From contig OZ193909.1 in NCBI GenBank assembly GCA_964276515.1, positions 21,018,001-21,082,000 of the forward strand: DNA of 64,000 bases, written 5' to 3'. This document shows, piece by piece, positions 49,071 through 64,000 of the stretch. Positions within the stretch are counted from its first letter, which is position 1. Each line of letters begins with the position of its first letter. The notes under the pieces are model-generated. The model did no database searches, was not told the origin of the DNA, and worked only from the letters and a program-made list of their open reading frames with translations. The translations under genes and the position numbers were made by a program. This DNA is from Gordius albopunctatus (Eukaryota).

Positions 49071-50880
49071 TTTTATTATTATTAACGATGTTTGTTGTCA
49101 TATGAAATATTTTTTTCCTATAGCTGTTTGTCACATTTAGTGGTCAGCTCCTTCAAGTAGGTTCTCCATGTATTCCTGCACTTACACCAGATTCTCTTTA
49201 GCTTGTAACTTCTCAAGTTTATATATATTTTATGCTTCCATGTCAGTTTAGGTCTCCCTCTCTTTCACTTACCTTCGACTCTCACTTTCTTGATACGATT
49301 TGCCAAGTGACTTTCCTCCCGTCTCTCCAAATGGCCATACCATCTCAATCTTCTTACCACCAACTTTCTCTGAATTGGAACTACATTTAATATAATTTTA
49401 GTTTATTCCTTATGTTTTGATTCCTTATATGGTCCTTTTTGCTTATTCCCAAGATCCATCTTAACATTCGCATCTTCATTGTAGCCTAGATTTGCTCCTC
49501 CTTTGCCCTAATTGCCCAGGTTTCCGCTCCATACAATACCGTGGGTACAATAACGGTGTTATATAACCGCCCTTTCAATTTGAGTGGTATGTGCTTGTCA
49601 CATAGAACACCACTCAACTCCCTGAATTTTAGCCAGCCTGCGTTTATTCTTGCCTTAATTTCGGTTTCCACACCCCCACCACATTTTAATCTAGAACCAA
49701 TATATTTGAATTCTTTCCTGTTGCTTAAACACCAGTCATTGATTTGCAAGTGTGTTTCTTTGTATTCATTCCCCGACTCCAAGCATACATATTCAGTTTT
49801 ATCTCGGTTGACCCTAAGGCCTTTGCTTTCAATTCGTTTCATCCACGCTTTTACCTGCTCTGCTAATTCCACGTTTGGACCTGCGCACAGGACGATATCA
49901 TCCGCAAAGAGCATTGCCCGAGGTGATTCGCGTTTCACGTCCTTCGTTATCGAATCCATTATTGTTATGAAGAGCAATGGACTTAGGACCGATCCTTGAT
50001 GCACACCGACATTTAGATTGAATCCCTTTGATGTACCACTGGATGTCCGAACTTTGGTTTTTGCGTCTCTATACATATCCTTTATTAACATTATATAAGC
50101 GTCGGGTACACCATTGGAACTCAGGCTCAACTGCCTTGGCACTTTATCGAAAGCTTTCTAAAGATCGATGAAACACATATAAAAATCTTTTTGTTTTTCC
50201 TTATATAATTCCATAAGTCTGCTAAGACCATGTATTGCATCTGAAGTCGACTTTCCAGGCATGAACCCAAATTGTCGTTCATCTATTGATATTATTTTTC
50301 GGTGTATAGCTTTTATAACCTTATCCCACACCTTCATTACGTGACTCGTTAACTTTATCCCTCGATAGTTGTTGCATTCTTGTACATCTCCCTTCAATTT
50401 ATAGATAGGTATAACATAGCTTTCCTTCCACTCATCAGACATCATACCACTTGCAAGTATTTTGTTAAACAGCTTTGCAAGTAGATGTAAACTTAAGGGT
50501 CCTAGCATTTTAAAAGCTTCCATAGGTATATTATCAGATCCCACCGCTCTACCCATGGTCATCTTTTTAAGCACCTGGTCAACCTCTTCCTCTGTCACTT
50601 CTAACTCGGGGTAATATTCATAGGTCTTGCTTTCGCAGTGGTGCGAAAACACATTTTCTCTGTTTAATAATTCTTAATATTATTCTTCCCAACGATCTAT
50701 GATTTGATGGTCCAGAGTTAGACTGATGCTTTCCTTGCTCTTTATAGATTTCACGTTTACCACATCCTTTGAGCTCCTTGCTCTGCTCTTTGCGATTTTG
50801 TAGATCATTCTTTCCACTTCTTTACTGGTTAACTTGGCATTCAAATTTTAGTATATCTCTGTTTTAGCCTTGGCTACACC
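49071..50880 (-). mobile_element. 5'-truncated RTE-clade LINE (family B)
   Basis: RT motifs CFIDL, HQGSVLSP, LFADD, VLYGAETW; (TAA)n/A tail; 10-bp TSD TTAAACCTAA (49061-49070, 50881-50890). Confidence 0.9.
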
Positions 50881-52397
50881 TTAAACCTAAAAATCAACAG
50901 TTTTTTTATTCAAAATTAGCCGCAATATTTTTAAAAATTTGACCCCGTTTTTATTAAAAATTTGGCAAAAAAATCAACAAATTTATTACAAACCCCACCA
51001 AATTATAAAAAAGGGCAAACATTAATGCAAGAGTGGCGAAGGCATATAAATGGTCAGGGAGGGAGTAAGTTGCACGCGAAGGAAGGAGAGGGAAAGAGCG
51101 TTCATTTTTAAAAGCTTTGATTGATCACCCTTTTCTCTCCTACTAGTGTGCGGCGGGAGGGGAGTCAAGATGTTCAAACTTTTAGAGAAACGCTGTATAT
51201 CATGTCGGCCTCTTTATGATCCAGTTGTTTGCCATGTTGGAGATAAAAATAATATCTATAATCATCCATATTATTGATTTAAAATTTATATAGGCTGTTT
51301 TGAAATTTAATGTCTTTGATTTAGCGGACAAGCAAATTGCCTATTTATTTATAATTAATAAATCCTCAATTATTTCACAAAGGTCCTCCTCCAAAAGGGA
51401 GGACTGATACTTTTCTTCTTACTTTAGATCTACCAGATATATCTTTTATTTAATAACCGAGATACGCGAAAATATAATAATTATGATTATTATAATATCG
51501 AGCGATCGGGTGTATATGTCATTAATTATCGCTCAATCACGGTGATGCCATAATAGCTCTAAACGTGATGATATATTATCAATAATCAATAGTGCAGGGT
51601 AATTAAATTCGATGACATTACTGGGTAATCATAATCATATCTATGGCGATACTAAAAAATGAAAATGAATTATCATAAATGGAACGCGTACAAGAAGTGT
51701 GAGACTGAGAGGGGGGGGGTGATAAAAATACTTTAAGTACCCCACAAACACCACAATAATGTTGTAAAAACGTTCTAACCTACAACTCTTGTGTTCATTT
51801 ATAAAATAAAATAGTTGAATTACACTTGTATAAATAAGTTTTTAAAATATTTTATATCAACTGTCGTATCCACGGTACAAAACGATGCCCTTACTAACCC
51901 GTTCCGCCCCTGATTGTGCCCAGCCTGGTAACCCATTTCGAGGTTTGTATTTAAGGTTTGAGGTTGTTCTAGTTATATCTGAGACCTTCTAACCATTAAG
52001 ATTGATTACGGGAAACAGTATTTAATGAGCTAGAAATTAAGTTTGGATAAGTTTGAAATAAGATGATTAGATTAGTACTTGGGAGAGGATAGATGAGGCC
52101 GCGTAGGCAAAGATTTAATGGCTATTCCTTTTTAGGGTAGGCGAGAAGGAATTATACCGATGCAAATATAAGAAGTCTGAAAAGAATTATTACAACGACC
52201 TCTAATGGGAACAAGGATTGTAGAGCGTATAAATAGAAATAAAGCCACTTGGAATATACTTTATTTTTTACTTCCCCGAAAGCTACTTCGCCTTCTCCAG
52301 TTTTAGGGTGAAGTTGTCCCTATTTTCCCAACTAATTCTACTTTTTCTTTCTCTACTGTTGTTTAGCTTTCCATTACTTCTATTCTATGGCCTTACC

Positions 52398-52600
52398 TAG
52401 AGTTGTTAAAATGCTAACTTTCTTCAAACTTCAGACGAGATCACGCTCACTGAATGGCTTAATATGCGCGTTAGCACAATATGTTCTCGCTGTTCGGTGC
52501 ACTAGGTAGAGCAGTAGCATATAAAAATGCTCGAGGGCCGAGCAGAAATTCGAGCAGATGGTAGCTGAAGTTGAAGAAAGTTAGCAATATAACAACTCTA
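52398..52600. mobile_element. Palindromic hAT-like MITE
   Basis: TIR TAGAGTTGTTA...GCTAACTTTCTTCAA mirrored at the right end; perfect 8-bp TSD GCCTTACC. Confidence 0.82.
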
Positions 52601-54299
52601 GCCTTACCAACACCTACGCCAGAAATAATGAACGTAACCCTAAAATCCTACACACCCTTCCCCGACAATACCAGAAACTTTCCACCCTTTGAAAAACCCC
52701 ACGACATATTTTAGCATCCTCACAGGTCAGAAATTGTACGCAATTTTAAATATACGGATTACAATAAAAAGTTATCCCGTATCCTTATTTGAATCAAGGT
52801 AATTTTAAGGCTTAAATATACCATTTTCCCACTCAACAAAGGAAGATTGTGATTCGGGCAAGAGCCGGTGTAACGTATCTAAACGTTCAACGTTAAAAAT
52901 GGAGAACGTTACACGGGCGTGGCCAGGGGGAGGGCAGTGAGGGGCTTTTGCCCCCTCTTAATTAAAAAATTTGTTAAAATTTATTGAATCATGGCTGAAA
53001 TTTCAAAAAATGATAATTTTGCCCGTCCCATAATCATTATTGCCCCCCCCTCTAATCCTACACTGACTACACCCATGGGAGTTCAATTAGGTATTCCTAG
53101 GGATTTCGGAAAACGCAGCACAAAATTTGGCGATCCCATATCATTAGAGAAAGTTGAACGTCAATAATTTACATTAGCTGATTAAGCATTCATTTGAAAA
53201 GATTGAACCGTATGCTTTATTGACCATACGATTTCGCTACTTTGGCAGGTTATCTATATTATGATTATGTAATATTACATCATGATCTGCTTGACTCTTC
53301 CATATTTGTGCAATACATAATTAATATATCACATTAGCAATTTAATTTTTAAGTCAATAGTTCCGGTTCAATAAAAAATTATTTTGGGGTTATTATTTAG
53401 CTTCCTAAATTATTCCTAACTTTGGGCTTTATGAAGCGTCACCAAGTCACCACATTTACTAAATTAGCTATTTCATATGACTGGGGTGCCCAGTGGCATT
53501 AATTATGTTAAGTGTCGATGGCAACGAGTATAAGTTTCCTTAAAATTAGCAAATATTACAATTATTTACACATTATAAGTGTATTTCAAGGTTGTCAAAA
53601 GCAATTATAATAGGTATATAATCATGACCGTAGCCAAAGGGGACCGACGGGGCGACTGCCCCCTCTAAACCAAAAAATTCCTTAAAATTTATTAAAATTA
53701 TGGGGTTAAAATTTCAAAAAATAATCATTTTGCCCCTCCTTCAATCATTATTGCCCCCCCCTCTAATTTCAATGCTGGCTACGCCCACGATCCATCATCG
53801 TATTTTTGAGATTGTCAAAAGCAATTTTTATTTGAATGTCGTTGGCTTATGTTAACTACCTAGATCTCCAATTTCGATGTGTACTAATGAATGATCTAGT
53901 TTAGTTATACATCTTTCTATTGAATCATGCATGGCAGAGGAAATTAAAAAAAATTACCTCCGCCAGGGAAATTGAAATTTATACGATTTCCTCATTCATT
54001 AACCATATACGATATTGTAATTTATTTGTTATCGTCTTGTTCATGAACTTTAATTAAATAATAGGAATGGCATAAGCAATACCACTATAATCATTTTTGA
54101 AATTTTAGCCATAATCTTAATAAATTTCAATCATTTTTTGGATATAGGGGGGGGGGGCAGAGCTACGCCCATGTATGGTATGTCTTTCCTTGCATCTGCA
54201 GATTAAACTAGTAAATTGACCCACACTAGGCCCGCACTAAAAAAGGCCACATTGTTTTAAAATTTTTTATTACAATAACAAAAACGTTGTATTTACAGT

Positions 54300-54929
54300 T
54301 AGAGCCCTGCACGGGCCGCCCGAAGCCCGAGCCCGGCCCGAATAAAACAATCGGGCCTCGAGCTCGGGTCGGGCCTGATGAGGCGGCCCGACTTAATGCC
54401 CGAGCCCAGCCCGATATGACTAGAGCAAACTAATCTTTAATAAAATATGATTTAAACAAACTCAACTCGATATTAAATAATTATCTTCGTACACCATACA
54501 GAATATAGCTTCCAAGCTTCAGCTTTTTTCCCCTATAATATTTTGACCTAAATTGCAAATTTTATTATAGTATTTAAATAAATTCATAGTAGCTATTACT
54601 TTAGGAATTAAATAAGAAAATTTTTTAAAAAGTTTTTATTAGGAACTGTTAGATAACAAATATTTTATAAATTTCGATTTTCAGTTTTATGTTATTGGCT
54701 GAATAAATTGTAGCGAGTGAAAATAAAAATTTTATTTCGAACTTATCCTAGTTGTAAATTACGATTAATAAAATTTTAATGCATTATGTATTTAAATGGT
54801 AAAATAATTTTCAAGAATTTCAAAATAAATTTTTGAAAATTTTTTATTTGAAAAACCGAGAAAATAAAAAAAAGTCGTTCGGGCTCGGGCCGGGCTCGGG
54901 CAGAAAAAAATTCAATTTGCAGAGCTCTA
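54300..54929. mobile_element. hAT-like MITE
   Basis: TIR TAGAGCCCTGCA / TGCAGAGCTCTA; perfect 8-bp TSD TTTACAGT; GCCCGA subterminal repeats. Confidence 0.85.
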
Positions 54930-55603
54930 TTTACAGTTACTAATCTACGGCAAATACAAATTATATTTTAATAATATTGCCGTTCAAAAATATAAAAGAC
55001 TTTCTATTTTATTGCACATTTATCTGATCCTTTTCTCTTCTATCGTCACTATTACTAGATCCTATAATATTATATATGGGCGTAGCCGGCATATTTTTCT
55101 TTTAAAAATTGCTAATCCTAACTATTTTAGCATTTTGTTTTGAGGCCAGTAATTATGATGTGTAGCAAATAAAATCAAAATATACTCGGATAATATATTC
55201 AAACCTCAATAGTTCAAATTTACTGTAACCAATTAAATAAAATAATTTCTCTATTTTTTGGTCCATATTGAATATTTAGAATTTTTTGAATGAAACTCAA
55301 ACAATTTTTTTATTAATCAATTTGCTTATTTACTTTCAATTTTTTTGTCTATTTAAAAGGTAATTAATAAAATTGAAACCGCTGTTTTACGAGAGCTCAA
55401 CTAACCTCTATCTTCTATATACATATAGAAATTTAACTCAAGGGAGCGAACATATGTTGAACTACATGTTTTCCGCATTTACTTCTGCATAGTTCAGCAA
55501 GTTTTCTACCGATTCCCCATTCATTTCAAAATCAATAACCAATAATGAATAGATTTCCCTCATAAATATTTCAATAAATTGAAAATTGTTGATTAAATTT
55601 GTT

Positions 55604-58600
55604 ATGACCGTGTTAGCAGCATTGGCCGATGAGAGGTGTAACATAGAAAGGTTGCCAGAAAAGATCATATTGACTATTTTTTCCTATTTAGACCATAAAT
55701 GTTTGCTCCAAATAGCCGTAGTTTGTAAATCTTGGTCTAAAATCATTCAGAATCCCATACTGTGGCAAGATGTTTCATTCCGTGCAGAAAATGGAGGAAT
55801 TCAGGTTTATAATTTATTTTTATTTTAATCTTTTTTAATATTAATTTTAAAAATAAATATAAAATTTAATAGTTGAGCGATGCAGATTTATTGGTAAAAT
55901 TGATTCCTAAAAGATTTACCAGTTTGAGGCGATTAGAATTATCGACAGATTTGATTACACCAATAGTTATGAGGGAACTAGCTATTAAATGTCCACATCT
56001 ACACAGCTTAACTTTAGATTTCTCTTCAGCTATGCAAGTAAAATTTTGGCATAAAATATTTAATTTAATTTTTTTGATAAAATATTTTATATTCTACGAT
56101 AGCCTTAAAATTTTTTCCATAAATTATAACTCATACCATGGTTATATGAAGTATAATAATAAAAGCAAAATTTTTTCTTTATTTTTCGAATTTGATTTAT
56201 AAAATTCCCTTTAATGGTAGGTAAAAAGTTGTATTTTAATTTATTTTCGATATTTTGGGCATTAGCTTCACGATTTTAACGAACTTGATGCCTTCCCGTC
56301 ACGACTGAGCTGTCTATGCATTTACCTATCAGAAGTTATTTTCATGGAAGGCTTTATGCGAAAAATATACAGCTTTCTCACTACCATTGAAATCTTCCAT
56401 TTAATAGGCATGGTTTTATTTTCTAAAAATATTTCCTCAAATGTTTATATTTTTATAAACAAAATATTTTTTGAAATTATTCAGGAACATATGAAAAGTT
56501 TGATAGTCGGGAAGAGGAGATATACGAAGTTATAAATATACATAAAATAAAATCACATACACCAAATCTAAGGGTTATTAATTTGTAAGTTTTTATTCCT
56601 AAAATCTATAATTAATATTTATTAAAAGCAATTTTTTAATTTTATTTTCTCTATAAATTTTAAAATATTTTAAGTTACGGAGTGAAATTTTTGGAAGATG
56701 CACATATAGAATCGCTGTCCACGAATTGTATCCACTTGGAATGTCTTTGCTTAAATTTTTGTACAAAATTCAAAGGATCGGCCTTGAAAGTTTTATTACA
56801 GCGTTGTAAAAAGTTGAAATGTTTGTTACTCGAAAAAACGGGTATTTTCATTTTTAAAAGTGTCATAAAATATCGCCTTTTAATTGCTATGCAACTTATG
56901 GGCTCGCTTTTGGTTGTCCGTCCGTTGTCTAACGTCCAGTTTTTGCATAAATGCCGTCCAGATTTTACATGGCTTTGGACTTATGCTTTTCTAGGTGCCT
57001 TTTATTTCGCTTTTGCATAATTTTTTCGAACTCGCCCGAGCCCAGTATGCATTATAGTTGTTGTACCCGAGTGATTAGCTTTATACATACATTTATTTGG
57101 GCAACTTGTCTAGGTTGTTTTGCTAGATATCGGATAATTGCGAAACTGGCTAAATGATTTCCAGCAAATTATTGTTCTAAAATTGGAGTTAACTAAACAC
57201 ATTAAAAATATGATATAGTGTTTCTTTATTACAAAAAATTTATTCAACTTAATTGAAATTCAATTATATTAGGAATAACGGATGATTTAATAAAGTCAGC
57301 ACCCTGGTCAAGTTCGAATATACAAGAACTTGATGTGTCATCTACAGAACTAAGTGGAGCTACTATAACTGCGATTTTCCCTAAATTGCCAAAACTTAAG
57401 TATCTAGCAGCAGCAAATATTGTTCGATTGAATGACGCAGTAATTTAACCTTAAATAATGTTATTTTTACAAAAATAATATTTTAATCGGTAAAAATTTT
57501 TGTACAAAATTTGCAATTAGACGCTGGATAGTATAATGGAAGCATACGATTGGCAAGAGATTAAGGCAATCAATTTATCGTGGTGCCAAAATTTGGGTGA
57601 AAGCATTGTGACAAAACTTATGAAAAGAATTGGTCCAAACATAAAAGGACTTGATTTATCGGGACTTTATAATCTCTTAGAATCATTTTGGACCACCAGT
57701 CTACCCTTACTAAAGTCTTGCAAGTTAGACACTTCCATCCAATCAGCAATGATATATACCTTAACTTTTTCTAAAGTTGTTTATAGTTTTTTATCTTGTA
57801 AAAACGGCAAGGCTTTGTTTGGTCCACTAAACATACACAGAGACCAAAGATTTTTGGTCAAGCCTTTGATCTGTGTAGTATGTTATGTCGACTAAAACCA
57901 AAGGTCGACCAAACAAAACCAGCCGTTTTTACCATACTAGTATTATCATTATTATTAGCATGAGCTTAATAAAGGGCACGCATTGAGGACTGCCTTCAAC
58001 CACAACTTTCAATTATTTCGATAAATATTAACCAACTTATGATTTCATAAACCCTTGGATACATGTTATGTAGTGTTGTTAAATTGCACTATGTGCTATG
58101 CTCGAACACGCACAGTGAGCTGTTTAATATGCTAGTTAGCACAACGAGTGCTCGCTGCAATAGTTTTAACAGTAGCATGTAAAAATGCTGATCTGCTTGT
58201 TATAATTACAATATTTCTGCTCAATGCTTTAACAGATTTTGCTGCCTCGACTAACCTCTCGAGAATTTTTACAGGCCACTGTTAAAACTATTGCACCGAA
58301 CAGCGAGCACTCATTGTGCTAACTAGCATATTAAACAGCTCTGCGTGCTCGCGTTTTTAGTTGAAGCTAGTTAACAATTTAAGACCACTAATGTTATGTT
58401 ACCTTTAAGCTCATAAACCATCTCACCAATCCTAGATGATTTCACGGGTAAATAAAGGAAGCAACAACAGCATATTAGATATTTGATAACATTAATGATT
58501 TTATATTTATAGAATTTTAGTTATGGGTATACCCAACGATTGTTGCCCAAAAATTCATTCAAAGATTATGATCGATCAATACATTGAGCTAATAGCACAA

Positions 58601-58938
58601 AACTGTGAGGAATTGGAAGAGCTGGAAATTCAATGGGATTCTGGTATAAACACATTAACCCAAAGTCATGCAATATTTAAAACTTATTTTAAATTCTCAA
58701 TTATATTTTTGTTTTAGATATCATGAGGTTTAGCGAGAAATCGAGTAAATTCATCGACCATTTAAGGGTGAGATGCACTAAATTGAAATCATTCGTACTA
58801 TCAGAAGGAGAATATTATGAAATGGTAAAGTCCAATTTTGAACGAGCTGACAGGAAGTTTGTCGTTAGGGCCAAGACATGTTACGTAACAAGCATACTAC
58901 CTATTTTGGACAATTATCGTCAACTATGTTTCGCTTGA
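55604..58938 (+). CDS. F-box/LRR protein (resembles Drosophila FipoQ, recalled from memory); start codon uncertain
   Basis: F-box IERLPEKIILTIFSYL...VCKSW...LW. Exons 55604-55804, 55873-56037, 56266-56407, 56485-56584, 56675-56841, 57273-57439, 57521-57723, 58513-58643 and 58718-58938 splice in frame (DFSSAMQLHDF, EVIFMEGFMRKIY, YEMVKSNFERADR). Confidence 0.88.
58071..58390. mobile_element. Palindromic hAT-like MITE in an F-box gene intron (related to 52398-52600)
   Basis: Ends TAGTGTTGTTAAATTG / CAATTTAAGACCACTA; perfect 8-bp TSD ATGTTATG; long internal inverted repeat. Confidence 0.8.
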
Positions 58939-59569
58939 CGTCATTGCTATACATTTTTATAAATTCGTAACTTTTTATATTTTACAAACTCGACTATCGC
59001 AAACACAGGTCAATTTTTATAAGCTTTTACCATATTTTTAGATATAAAAACCTAAAAACAATGATTGTAATCTTGTAAAATTTAAAGAGGATAACTATAA
59101 CCAACAGACCAGCACAACAAAAGCCGCATTTATTAAAATACGTAGACACATTAGTAGTACTAAATACGCAACATCTCTGTATACATAGAATGTGCACGCG
59201 ATGTAAATGTTATATCGTATGTGTGTGGGGCCAGATGAAGTAATAATAATATGAATTAGTAATGTATAGGGGGGGGGGCGCCTTTTACACGTAAAAAGTA
59301 AAAGTTGCGAGATGCCGAAATTAATCAATGATGGTAAAAAACATGGAAGGTATATAAAGAGACAGCCGAGGCTAGGCTACGCTAATTTTAAACAGAACCA
59401 TAACCGCCGAATATGCGCGTGCAAAAGTGCGTTTAAATGTGAACCAAACAGGTGGATGGTATCAAAAGGGGAAGTTTGGAGTTGGGACTAAAGAAATGTG
59501 TCCAACTCGCACCATTACAACACTAGTACATGTTATATGTATCACCGATCAGTGTCTCGTTTTCGCCTT

Positions 59570-63822
<4,253 letters not shown>

Positions 63823-64000
63823 CTAAACCCCCCAAACAAAAGTGGAGAGCAAATTTACAGGTTATTGGTCTATTTATGTTGTGTCGACTAAAACCAAAGG
63901 TCAACCAAACAAAACCCCCCCCAACCCGTTTTTACAACAATAACTGCAACTAAGGTTGAGAAATTTGAACGTTTGTTAAATAGGTAAGATTTTTTTTCCA

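Noticed and set aside
51862..52195. Possible solo LTR starting TGTCGTAT
   Set aside because: No matching TSD and no second copy in the window.
54370..54400. CTGATGAG motif as another hammerhead
   Set aside because: No GAAA after a stem II; it lies within the subterminal repeats of a MITE.

Overview
AT-rich eukaryotic (invertebrate-like; the species cannot be determined from the sequence) genomic window, roughly half of it transposon-derived. Host genes: RBBP4/Caf1-55 (minus strand, many very short introns, last exon outside the window); two near-identical intronless divergent class-A-like GPCRs inside a segmental duplication; a two-exon secreted Gly/Tyr-rich peptide precursor; a multi-exon F-box/LRR gene; and the 3' part of a USP19-like deubiquitinase. 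Mobile DNA: two full-length but defective RTE LINEs (one split by a young Mag-type Gypsy element with identical LTRs), further Gypsy remnants, a TRIM-like mini-LTR element, CRE-like LINE fragments, a Helitron, a Mutator/Foldback-like element, a hAT element with very long inverted arms, and many 8-bp-TSD MITEs. The most notable unannotated signal is at about 12.3-13.1 kb. It is a non-coding ~373-bp tandem repeat with a 5' inversion, and each unit carries a type I hammerhead-ribozyme core inside a long rod-like fold. This fits a retrozyme or Penelope-dependent element that could produce circular RNA. All coordinates, alignments and folds were read by eye.
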